IMG/VR virus record: IMGVR_UViG_3300037400_002699
Span: 1-64,000 of that record
DNA from: a virus
Taxonomy: Duplodnaviria; Caudoviricetes
Reading direction: 5' to 3' (one strand)
Length of the DNA: 64,000 bases
The notes under the pieces were generated by a model. The model saw only the letters and a list, made by a program, of their open reading frames with translations. It did no database searches and was not told the origin of the DNA. A program made the translations under genes and the position numbers. Below are positions 56,101 through 64,000 of this stretch, piece after piece; within the stretch, counting starts at the first letter, position 1, and every line of letters starts with the position of its first letter.

Positions 56101-57938
56101 AAATCGATAAGGAAAATAATATCTTTGTTGATAAACAAGTAGAATATCATCGTTTGTGCGATGCATTGGATAATGCTAGAAACAACAGAGAGTATGACAT
56201 GATATTAGCCAAGATAGATGAATATAAGGAAACTGTTGACAAGGAGTTGCTGTATGAAATCACTAGAATCATCGACAAATCTGATGGCGATATTACCTAT
56301 GGGTATCTTAATGAGAACATACCATTGTTGTGGTATATGGAAGGTGATAGCAGAAAAAGGGTTTCAAACTTATATCTTTCTTTAGGCATTGATGGATTTG
56401 CTGTAGACACTGAATTTGTGATATTCAATTTCGATAAACTTAATAACGCCATTGTTAAAAATAAGGAAGAATTGATTTTACAATATGTACAGAAGGCTGG
56501 ATTATCAGAATCTGCCAAGCAATACCTCAAGGTTCTGAAGGAGGAATTTGCAATGGATGGTTCGTCTGAAGGAAACCCTTACGAGAAGAGGTGGAAGGCA
56601 GAGCGTGATGCATTAAAAAACTTTGTTGCCAATTATGGTAAACTGATGCAGTCGAAGGAAGACAATAAGATGGGAAGACTGTACAAGGTCTATTATGACG
56701 AAACGATGTCAAATCTCATAGGATATAACTACTGCATCTGTGTGCAGTGGGATGAATTAACAATGAAACCTAAGAGTACAGTATATATTAGGGCGTTGGA
56801 TAAATTCACTCCATTTATAAGGAGAAATTTGCAATATGATGATAGAGGGTTAGATAACCAAAGAGGTACTTATGATGATAACAGATTTGTTAGAGAATCA
56901 GTAGATGAATTGAATTTATATCATTCTAGCTATAGTAGTTTCGATAAGTTCAATCATAGGAAATATCTAAGTTCTGGTGCTGGTTCTCAAACCTTTGGGT
57001 GGGGAACTTATCTTACAGATTCATATCCTATAGCAAAAGACTATGCTGAAAAGTTTATATTATTGAAATTTAATGAATTTATTGTTAAGGCAGAACCAGA
57101 GAAGTACATTGAAAATAATGGGTCATATGACGAAGAACTAATTAAAGAAGCTGCTAAAACATATAAACAAATAGTAAGATTCAATATTTCATTTAATCCA
57201 GATAAAAGATGGAGTAAAAATTCTTTTAATTCTTCATTAAAAACTGATGAAAATGCAACTGAAAACTATGACAGTGCTTTGAAGGAATACGAACAAGCAA
57301 TACAAATGGCAAAGTCTTGGGCTGAAAATGTTCTTAAAACAGAATTTAATCTTGAAGAATTCAAAGCAAATTATTCAAAAAATAGCATTCTAAAGTTTTC
57401 TAAACAAGAATATATTAATAACGTCAATAGACAAAATGCAATATATCAATTAGTAAAAGAAATGATAAATAATATATGGGATGATGCTGATAAGCACGTT
57501 AGAAAAGAATCCTATATATATGAAGTAGAGACACCAGATGATAATGGCTTAAATTATATTGATTTAAATAATGAAGTTCCAAATGAAATCATAGAAAGCA
57601 TAACTAGTACTCTTTCTAAAATATCAAGAAGATATGGAGGTGAATGGAAAACAATGAGTAAGTGGCGTGAATTCTTATCTTATTGTAATAACGCTCCCAA
57701 AGGAGAAGATATACATGATGAGCTTGGAAAACTAGTAGGAGTAGAAACTTCTATTGGTAATTATGATAAAGCCATATCATTATTCTTACTACAGTGCGGA
57801 ATTGATGGATTCAAATATAAAGCTGGAACTATTTATGGCTTACCAGATGGAGCAGATGAAAATTCTACAAATTATGTTATTTTTGATGCTAATAAAGTAA
57901 GAATCGTTAGTAAGAACCTATTTACTGATACTTTTTAG
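53163..57938 (+). CDS. Polyvalent multi-enzyme protein (ART-like, GNAT, pol-beta nucleotidyltransferase, two ART-PolyVal-like domains)
   Basis: LYHGT..; GKGCGS..M..L...AD..LKNFYKRFGF; ITGSICNFNWSKFSDIDLH; FHGT..GYGIYFSD; YHSS..F.KF..GAG.Q.FGWG.Y.T...GIDG..Y...NYVIFD. Confidence 0.82.
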   Translation: MGKTIRFNENGLIAIKGKLNEIMVGTDGVSHNDVYGNVKLYHGTTIDALLMIMESGVMSAKRGKQHGETYGVNWFSLKNGDNFNKGVLFSIEVPGDVFNERFRMMNSSEAVSKDDDLDITGFNLTIEKICGLSRGAIKNAYDRYVSNGDRYPLESIGYLFDHFIEKVQDDDVLFPSILYHNWDKYYPMIMKNILGNNINESVAKEFAPVTSIGMEKGGGPGLYAHKKEVDEEIDFDDNGMSINDDKILGKYNLKDLILSKTGNYVTLNKIVANELGKGCGSKFMEELARIADKNGWILVLTPDTAFGGSSVSRLKNFYKRFGFVPNKGKNTDFNTRESMIRKPLNENKYDDLFDIRNTNKKISDCEEAISYFKNVSDEIREKKEHISSKYGCKSMFFIASINQGVIQANQNDVNEFHRLSDERREIEEKIKTLKDLIKEIEKEEKREKEAQKYRLEQEENDRIFSLVIDEYGTTNRIENAEYILPDGTMLYSGGDHRGIASIYATNNISIFDDKYRYNYVVDFLNRGAIRCRMFDGDGILDMTREPTGKQYQVINTFARYASNINIDFTSNEGETLNSVSYSNATPQRITSDIYKYYNEGIIPQENSRFESKKSKSIVISENKLDVIKENIESEVESSEVDLSSFKKRDTLPPKIWKDEETLNSKVRLKLLDIADDFWKFVNLTWVEPKGIIITGSICNFNWSKFSDIDLHLVVDFNEIDSKTEFVKQYLDSKKNEWNAEHEGLKIMGFPVELYTQDVSDNVEAGGIYDLEENAWIRKPNPHTIKSIGLEKFDIKRKAAEIMTIIDEMYKTLSSTDDGYEVSKIGEDASYLWEKVKSLRKKSLTKRGENGAGNIVYKVLRRTGYLDKLFKLFSATYDKSNSITEGVQYDRLRNDQVFRYRVIADMVKDGYVFHGTGEDGNGVEWDAVDPSKIKGGSRGTYGYGIYFSDHAYKCEKYAGYSGGHFIIANIKGFNLINLRDKIDKENNIFVDKQVEYHRLCDALDNARNNREYDMILAKIDEYKETVDKELLYEITRIIDKSDGDITYGYLNENIPLLWYMEGDSRKRVSNLYLSLGIDGFAVDTEFVIFNFDKLNNAIVKNKEELILQYVQKAGLSESAKQYLKVLKEEFAMDGSSEGNPYEKRWKAERDALKNFVANYGKLMQSKEDNKMGRLYKVYYDETMSNLIGYNYCICVQWDELTMKPKSTVYIRALDKFTPFIRRNLQYDDRGLDNQRGTYDDNRFVRESVDELNLYHSSYSSFDKFNHRKYLSSGAGSQTFGWGTYLTDSYPIAKDYAEKFILLKFNEFIVKAEPEKYIENNGSYDEELIKEAAKTYKQIVRFNISFNPDKRWSKNSFNSSLKTDENATENYDSALKEYEQAIQMAKSWAENVLKTEFNLEEFKANYSKNSILKFSKQEYINNVNRQNAIYQLVKEMINNIWDDADKHVRKESYIYEVETPDDNGLNYIDLNNEVPNEIIESITSTLSKISRRYGGEWKTMSKWREFLSYCNNAPKGEDIHDELGKLVGVETSIGNYDKAISLFLLQCGIDGFKYKAGTIYGLPDGADENSTNYVIFDANKVRIVSKNLFTDTF

Positions 57939-57990
57939 AAAATTTTGATATTTATATTAAAAATAAGTTTGAAAAATTAATATATTAATT

Positions 57991-59763
57991 ATGAATAAAG
58001 TAAACACTAACGACACTCTTAACAGAATGAAGTCATTAATGAATTACGGACTTCAGACTGAGAGCAAGAAAGCACCATACAGTGCTGTTGAGTACCAGAA
58101 GGTTGGTGCTGACGGAAAGGTTTATGGTATTGTACGTGAAGGTACTAAGTATTACATAAAGACTGCTCCTAACAAGCAAAACCTTATTAAGGAAGACTTT
58201 GGCTATATTGGTGGTTTCAGAAACAGAAAAGAGAACGAGTACACCAGTTACGCTAATGCTCAGAAAAACTTTGACATGAAGATGATGTCTCTTAAGGAGG
58301 CTTATAATAACCCTACCTTCAATGTAGAGTCTTGGGACTTGAATAAGAAGGAATTGGTTGTTACTGAGGCTTCTGACAAGATGAAGGGTGAGATTCTTCG
58401 TGAGCGTCAGATTATGAAGAACGCTATGAACATCATGGAGAAGAAGACCACTAGCGAGTGTGGAATTTCTGCTGAAATCGCTGGAACACAGAAGGCTAAT
58501 ATGCCTAGTGGAAAGATTGAAACTGGTAATGCTCCAGCCCATAGTGGACCTTTTGAGGAGTGCGGTGATAAGGAACTTCCAAAGGAGATGAAAGAATCTG
58601 TTGTTAAAGAAGAAGAGGTTCTTGGTTGGAACAGAAAGAGTCCAGACTATATGGACAAGTCTCACGGAACTGAAATCGGTGACAGCGCACCATTCGACGA
58701 TGCTGAGGCACGTAACATTGATAACCAGGACAAGAAGGTAACAAAGACTGGTGAAATGAAGAACGGTGTTGTTGAGAATCACGGTGTTTCAATGCATGAC
58801 ACTGACAACCAGAACAAGCCTGGTGTAGGTGTTGGTGAAGGCCCTTCAGATGACAACAACAAACCATTCGATGCTGAGAAGGGAAAGCAGATTGACGAGG
58901 CTGTAGATGGTCTCGATACCCCTCCAATGGATGATGCAGAAGGTGGAGAAGAGCCAATGGGTGATGAGCCAATGGGTGACGAAGCTCCAATTGACGATGC
59001 TGGTGCTGAGGGTGAGCCAGTTGATACTGGAATCGGTGATGAGGCTGGACTTGACGATGAGGAAGGTCTTGACGATGTTGACCTTGATGATGAAGAAGGC
59101 CTTGACGATGATTTCGAGGATGAAGACCCATACGACGAAGAGCTTGAAAACCGTCTTGATTCACTTGAGGATAAGCTTGACATGATTATGAATAAGCTTG
59201 GCGTAGACGAGCCAGCAGTTGACGCTGACAACTACGAGGACGATGACCTATTCGGTGATGAGGACTTCGAGGATGATGACGAGTTTGGTGACGATGACTT
59301 TGAGGGTGAGGAAGGCTTCGGTGAGGATGACCTTGGTGGCACTCCAGAAGACGATGAGTTCGAGGATGAAGACGAGGATGAGTACCCAATGGAGTCAAGA
59401 CGTAGACGTGGCGTTCAGATTTTCGAGACAAGGGCATTCAAGAGAGCAATGCGTAGGAATAGACTTAATGAAGAGGGTATGACCCCATTCACTGATGCAG
59501 GTCGTGTTCCATCTGGAAATATGAACAAGCTCGATGACTTCGGAAAGCACCCAGCATATCAGAAGGTTGTTATGGATTTGCCACCAAAGGATATGAAGGA
59601 ATTCCCTGGCAACTATGACATGAACGACGATTCTGTTAAGAACGACACACCTTATGGTGAGAAGATTGGTGATGGTGCTCCATTCGACATTGACCCAGAG
59701 GCAATCGATAACGCAATTGCTGAAGCTTTTGACCGTTTAAAAAAAAAAGGTAATAGAGGATAA
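57991..59763 (+). CDS. Highly acidic putative prohead scaffold/core protein
   Basis: 590 aa, RMKSLMNY N-terminus, long D/E tract, many (I/L/V)-x-E sites; TATTTATA at 57949. Confidence 0.65.
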   Translation: MNKVNTNDTLNRMKSLMNYGLQTESKKAPYSAVEYQKVGADGKVYGIVREGTKYYIKTAPNKQNLIKEDFGYIGGFRNRKENEYTSYANAQKNFDMKMMSLKEAYNNPTFNVESWDLNKKELVVTEASDKMKGEILRERQIMKNAMNIMEKKTTSECGISAEIAGTQKANMPSGKIETGNAPAHSGPFEECGDKELPKEMKESVVKEEEVLGWNRKSPDYMDKSHGTEIGDSAPFDDAEARNIDNQDKKVTKTGEMKNGVVENHGVSMHDTDNQNKPGVGVGEGPSDDNNKPFDAEKGKQIDEAVDGLDTPPMDDAEGGEEPMGDEPMGDEAPIDDAGAEGEPVDTGIGDEAGLDDEEGLDDVDLDDEEGLDDDFEDEDPYDEELENRLDSLEDKLDMIMNKLGVDEPAVDADNYEDDDLFGDEDFEDDDEFGDDDFEGEEGFGEDDLGGTPEDDEFEDEDEDEYPMESRRRRGVQIFETRAFKRAMRRNRLNEEGMTPFTDAGRVPSGNMNKLDDFGKHPAYQKVVMDLPPKDMKEFPGNYDMNDDSVKNDTPYGEKIGDGAPFDIDPEAIDNAIAEAFDRLKKKGNRG

Positions 59764-60322
59764 AGAGCCTAACAAACCACCTAAGTATTTGGATATAGAA
59801 GACGAAATAGGTGGAGATATTAAAAATAATCTAAACAGTGACCCACTAGAAGGTGGTATTGATGGGGTGGATAATTTAGACACATCATTGTCTTCAGTGG
59901 ACACTGGATTAGGTGGCGACGTTACACAGACAGATAATCTTGGCGGTGATATGTCTGGAGACATGACTGGAATGGCAGGCGACCCAAATGCACTTAGTGC
60001 AGGAGGAAACCCAGAGGTACAGCAGTTTGTCCAGGACTTCCAGAATTCTGACCCAGAGACACAGAATAGTACCATGAAGTACTTTGATAGTCAGAAAAAG
60101 GATGGCGGCACTGACCAACCAGCTGATGCAGCAATGCCACCATCACCAGGAGCAATGCCAGAGTCAAAGTTCAACTTCAAGAGAATAATTGATGAGACTT
60201 TCTCAGCAATTTTCGGTGATGGAAACCAAAGCAACTTTGAAAGAGGGACGACTGACAGACCTCAGACAGTAGTAGGTGAGGATGCTTTAACACAGTTAGA
60301 CAATCCATATTTACCAAGATAA
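59741..60322 (+). CDS. Acidic ORF, probable frameshift extension of 57991 gene
   Basis: Frame open from 59741, no ATG near its 5' end, +1 relative to upstream gene at an A10 run. Confidence 0.55.
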   Translation, partial: KKKVIEDKEPNKPPKYLDIEDEIGGDIKNNLNSDPLEGGIDGVDNLDTSLSSVDTGLGGDVTQTDNLGGDMSGDMTGMAGDPNALSAGGNPEVQQFVQDFQNSDPETQNSTMKYFDSQKKDGGTDQPADAAMPPSPGAMPESKFNFKRIIDETFSAIFGDGNQSNFERGTTDRPQTVVGEDALTQLDNPYLPR

Positions 60323-60326
60323 CATA

Positions 60327-60356
60327 AAGGGGATACCAACGGGGTATCCCTTTTTT
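60327..60356 (+). terminator. Intrinsic terminator
   Basis: GGGATACC-aacgg-GGTATCCC + T-tract. Confidence 0.75.
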
Positions 60357-60389
60357 GTTTGCAATGATATTTATATTAAAATTAATCTT

Positions 60390-60887
60390 ATGAAAGTATA
60401 CGTTAAGAAAGATAAGGTATTGAAGCTTCTTGGAGAAGGTAAGGTGTTCTCAAAGAAGGATTTAATTTTAAGAGAATTTGGTGGAGACACTAATAGCAGT
60501 GATGACGACACTGTTTCAATAAACCTATCACCAGATAATACCAATAAAAACCCATCACAGTTATCACAAAACGCAATAACTGCAAGAAATACAGTAACAG
60601 CACCTGGTAAAAAAATTGTCGGAAATGTTCCTGTTGAAGATGTCAATGGTGTTACTGCTCCAACATTATCACAGAATGACCCTGGTAACGATATGACAAT
60701 TGACTCATCAGATAATACCAGCACAGGCATAAAGAATGCAGCAGTTGCTGCTTCTAAGGCTAGGGTTGGTTCTGTTACAGTTCCAATTAAGGATTCTGTA
60801 AAGTCAAAGAAGGTTATGGATGAAATGAGAGCCAATTCAATACCATTTACAAAGTCAGAGTTAACAAAGTTTCTAAAGAGTCTTTAA
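60390..60887 (+). CDS. Hypothetical late protein
   Basis: 165 aa; TATTTATA at 60368. Confidence 0.7.
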   Translation: MKVYVKKDKVLKLLGEGKVFSKKDLILREFGGDTNSSDDDTVSINLSPDNTNKNPSQLSQNAITARNTVTAPGKKIVGNVPVEDVNGVTAPTLSQNDPGNDMTIDSSDNTSTGIKNAAVAASKARVGSVTVPIKDSVKSKKVMDEMRANSIPFTKSELTKFLKSL

Positions 60888-63800
60888 TGAAAAAGATATA
60901 CATCAACGAAAGTCAAATTAATAAGGAACTACTGCTTCCAAAGTTCCTCTTTGATGCAGTGGTTAAACATGAGACCTCCCTTGGGGATAATCCAGCATTC
61001 CCAGAGGAGGATGACTACCCGTTTGACTATACTGTTCTGAAAGAGGGGTTCAAGGATGTATGCGAACAGATGAAGGATGTTGGTATACCTATAACTAGCA
61101 CTGATGATATGGTATCAGAACTTGGTGCTATGGTCAATATGGCGAAGGAGCTGGAAAAGCCTGTAAGGGATTCACTTACAAAGATTTGCGAGAATGCAAT
61201 CAACAGGCTGTTTGCAATACCAGAGGGTGCTGTAAACATAAGATGCAGGCTTGTTGACAAGGTTACATATGGTAGCTCAATAGGAGTTACTCCAGAGATT
61301 TCCACCGACAGAAAGTTTAGATTTAAGGATATAAAGGACTTTGGTTTATCAAAGGCTGCAATTGCCAAGAGAAGACTTATTAATTCCCTTATTATGGGTG
61401 CTTCGGACTTTTACATGTCAATGATTACGTTGTACCAGGAAGACATTAATAAGCTTAATCCAGAACTTCTCGGACTGTATGACAAAATAATAACGCTTAA
61501 CAGGTATCTTACATTTGTCCTTGATGAAGAACTAAGTGATGAGAAGCCAAAGCAGGGGTCATTTGTGGAAGTACATGTTGGAAGTAACGGTAAGAAGAAT
61601 ACAATAGATGCACAGGGTGTCATATTCCCATTGCTATTCCATGACTTAATTAAGGGATTCTTCGAGCTATTTTCAGTTCATGGTTTGCCTCTTGATGGCG
61701 AGAAGGCTAAATATATAATCGGAAAGTCTGATTTCCTTCTTGCTGAGCCTTGGGATATGAGGTTTGGAACAAAGTTATGGCAGCTTATCTTTGATAGGCT
61801 GGAACTTGCTGAGGATACAAATATTGTACCTTATGTTTTTATGGAACTCGTTAAGCTGCCAACTGAAGAATTTAACCCAGTTATGCAGGAGTTGTTTATG
61901 CAGACTGAGAAAGGTGATGAAATCATTGGTAAGCTTATTGAGAAGTCAAGGTATAACGATGGATACCAGAAGTTCCAGAATAGGATTAATGCCAGAAATG
62001 TAGATAGGTCGATGATTGCTGATAGCTATTTCACTGCTTCTGAACTAGATGGATACGATATTGATGGTGAGGAAGATGGAGACGTTATCCAAGAGGATAT
62101 AATCACAGAATCCCAGGAATCTAAGTCAATATCTGCCGCAAAGAAACTTGTAATGCAGAAATTTGGATATGATGAGCAAGAAGCGGACGAATTTGTTAGA
62201 ATAAAGTTAAGAAACGACATACCATCTCTAAGAGATGTAGCCGCTAAGTTTACACTTGGTGTGACAAGAATGTTTTGTGACTATGAGTTGGAAGACGCTA
62301 ATACGATAAATAGGCTAAACAGAACACTAAAAATTGTTGGTTCTGAAGCGCATATTAATGAATATGATAGAAATCTCAACGGACTGTCAGCAGATGAACT
62401 CATAGACAGATTCTCACAGGCAATGACAGATAATGTTAATGCTGAGAGGGAACAAGATTCTAAGTTTATACCTGTTAAGCCCTCTGAATATACTATAGTA
62501 AAAATAGATTCATATAAGCAAGCCACTAAATATGGTAAATATACAGACTGGTGTATCACACATTATAAAAATAATTATGATAACTATACATGTAACGGTA
62601 TAAACCAGGTGTATTTTTGTTTAAAACCTGGTTTTAATAAACTATTAAGGAAAAAAGGAAGTAACTATCCACTCGACGAATATGGTTTATCAATGATTTC
62701 TGTTATCGTGGACGAGGACGGAGGACTTGCTTATTGTACATGTCGTTGGAATCACGGTGATGAGAATGATGGCTCATGTGATGACAGTGTTATGGACTAT
62801 AACGGCATTAGAGAACTGATGCAGGTTAGGTTCTTTGACACCTTTAAACCAAATAATAAGTGGAAGGAGTTTATTAGTTCGACGATGGAACGCCTTGCAC
62901 GAGGAGAAAACCCAGCAGACGTATTTGATTATTATGCTTATACAAATCTAGGATTTAGTGTAGTAGGTTTCGAAGAACTGGAGAGATATAATGTTATTGA
63001 TAAAGAAAACAATTTCATATCTGATAAATGGTATGTTTCCATTAAGCTTAACAATATTGGTGTTTTCATTGTTGAAGATAGTTCATATAAAAAGAGTTAT
63101 ATGGATTTAAATGGTAATGTAATATCAGAGAAATATAACGATATTGAAATTGACACTTATGACGGTTTGGCTATTGTTAGGAGAGATAGAAAATATAATT
63201 GGATTAAGCCGAATGGTGAAAGATTAAATAATGATTGGTATAATTGGGTCGGTAATTTTAAATACGGCCCAGCTCAAGTAGGTTCTGAAAAAGGAAAGAA
63301 TTTTGTTAACACCAACGGTGAATTAATGTGTAAAAGATGGTACGATGATATACACAGCATGACACTGAATAAAGATGGCACAATGGTAACGTTAGGTAAT
63401 AAAACAAATTACATTGATGCTAATGGTAATGAAATATCCAGTGAGTGGTTTGATGGAGGTTTCTATCGTTTTAACTATGGCTTTGTTGGTGTGTATAAAA
63501 ATTATGGTAACAACGTTACCCGTGCTAATTTTATTGACACTAAAGGAAATCTTTTATGTGATAAATGGTTTAAATCAATTATTAAAGATTTTAATAGAAA
63601 TGGAATTGCTGAGGTTACTGATGAACATGAAATGTTATATACAATAAACAGACGTGGAAAAATCACTAACACTGGAAAATATTATGGTGATTGGAAAGAA
63701 TATTCTGCTGACCCAGAATGTGTTAAAAAAGAAGTTAACAAGTTTGATACCCTTTTATATTACTTGATGACAGATGGGCAATGTAATTTATCATGTGCAG

Positions 63801-63901
63801 ACGTATCTTTCCATGAATGGCTTATACAAAATTATCCAAGTTTGAATTATTCTGTTTATTTTACAAATAAGTATTTTACAGAATTTTATAAAAAGAGATA
63901 G
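60887..63901 (+). CDS. Large multi-domain late protein with C-terminal WG-type beta repeats
   Basis: 1004 aa; KKIYINES N-terminus; IQEDIITES junction; WCIT-containing middle domain; repeated NF/YI..NG....W.D units. Confidence 0.72.
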   Translation: MKKIYINESQINKELLLPKFLFDAVVKHETSLGDNPAFPEEDDYPFDYTVLKEGFKDVCEQMKDVGIPITSTDDMVSELGAMVNMAKELEKPVRDSLTKICENAINRLFAIPEGAVNIRCRLVDKVTYGSSIGVTPEISTDRKFRFKDIKDFGLSKAAIAKRRLINSLIMGASDFYMSMITLYQEDINKLNPELLGLYDKIITLNRYLTFVLDEELSDEKPKQGSFVEVHVGSNGKKNTIDAQGVIFPLLFHDLIKGFFELFSVHGLPLDGEKAKYIIGKSDFLLAEPWDMRFGTKLWQLIFDRLELAEDTNIVPYVFMELVKLPTEEFNPVMQELFMQTEKGDEIIGKLIEKSRYNDGYQKFQNRINARNVDRSMIADSYFTASELDGYDIDGEEDGDVIQEDIITESQESKSISAAKKLVMQKFGYDEQEADEFVRIKLRNDIPSLRDVAAKFTLGVTRMFCDYELEDANTINRLNRTLKIVGSEAHINEYDRNLNGLSADELIDRFSQAMTDNVNAEREQDSKFIPVKPSEYTIVKIDSYKQATKYGKYTDWCITHYKNNYDNYTCNGINQVYFCLKPGFNKLLRKKGSNYPLDEYGLSMISVIVDEDGGLAYCTCRWNHGDENDGSCDDSVMDYNGIRELMQVRFFDTFKPNNKWKEFISSTMERLARGENPADVFDYYAYTNLGFSVVGFEELERYNVIDKENNFISDKWYVSIKLNNIGVFIVEDSSYKKSYMDLNGNVISEKYNDIEIDTYDGLAIVRRDRKYNWIKPNGERLNNDWYNWVGNFKYGPAQVGSEKGKNFVNTNGELMCKRWYDDIHSMTLNKDGTMVTLGNKTNYIDANGNEISSEWFDGGFYRFNYGFVGVYKNYGNNVTRANFIDTKGNLLCDKWFKSIIKDFNRNGIAEVTDEHEMLYTINRRGKITNTGKYYGDWKEYSADPECVKKEVNKFDTLLYYLMTDGQCNLSCADVSFHEWLIQNYPSLNYSVYFTNKYFTEFYKKR

Positions 63902-63962
63902 ACCGAAATCTATCTCTTTTTTATTTAATGTTATATTTATTAAAATTTAGAAAGTTACAATT

Positions 63963-64000
63963 ATGATATACGATAGACACGAAATGGCCGTTGAATATGC
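63963..64000 (+). CDS. 5' start of next late gene (partial)
   Basis: ATG 63963 after terminator 63893-63921 and TATTTAT at 63934. Confidence 0.45.
   Translation, partial: MIYDRHEMAVEY

Noticed and set aside
58036-59482. Antisense and alternate-frame ORFs over the acidic scaffold-like gene
   Set aside because: Stop-poor shadows of a GAY/GAR-rich coding sequence; no promoter or start context.
1-64000. Alternative genetic code (TAG read as Gln) as in Lak megaphages and some crAss-like phages
   Set aside because: Long genes are intact in code 11, and TAG ends genes directly before terminators or promoters (e.g. 23208, 57938, 63901); no suppressor tRNA was seen.

Overview
64 kb of a large (jumbo-type) dsDNA phage genome, almost certainly infecting a Bacteroidota host (Prevotella/Bacteroides-like). 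Evidence: about 30 copies of the Bacteroidota TTTG(-33)/TAnnTTTG(-7) promoter and A-rich, Shine-Dalgarno-less start regions. The standard code is used (TAG is a real stop). Organisation: (i) 1-18.7 kb, an all-plus-strand early region of about 45 small, mostly unknown ORFs in cassettes delimited by repeated terminator+promoter hairpins; it also holds two tRNAs, a ~750-nt highly structured non-coding RNA candidate and a sigma70-family gene lacking the promoter-melting tryptophans. (ii) 18.7-22.7 kb, an origin/terminus-like zone with CCAGC repeats, a perfect parS site (a second lies at 6.2 kb), C-tracts and a UvrD helicase. (iii) 24-52 kb, mostly minus-strand genes up to 48 kb (RNA ligase, phosphoesterases, dNMP kinase, thioredoxin, second UvrD, RlaP-like nucleotidyltransferase, Thg1-like protein, aspartyl protease, GNATs, lytic transglycosylase, ClpC-like ATPase), then plus-strand KTSC, MazG-like, ThyA and two nucleases. 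(iv) Late-type genes preceded by TATTTAT(A), many sharing an 'IRLTESDLH.IV.ESVK.IL.E'-type motif, including a 1591-aa polyvalent protein (ART, GNAT, nucleotidyltransferase, ART, ART) whose domains are separated by prohead-protease-like (I/L/V)-x-E sites. Most notable: a putative capsid-packaged, protease-processed effector polyprotein system; a family of 3'-UTR U-rich RNAs antisense to start-codon regions; chromosomal parS sites on a phage; a large ornate ncRNA next to an atypical tRNA; and an A10 frameshift site. All annotations are from motif reading by eye; no searches were run.
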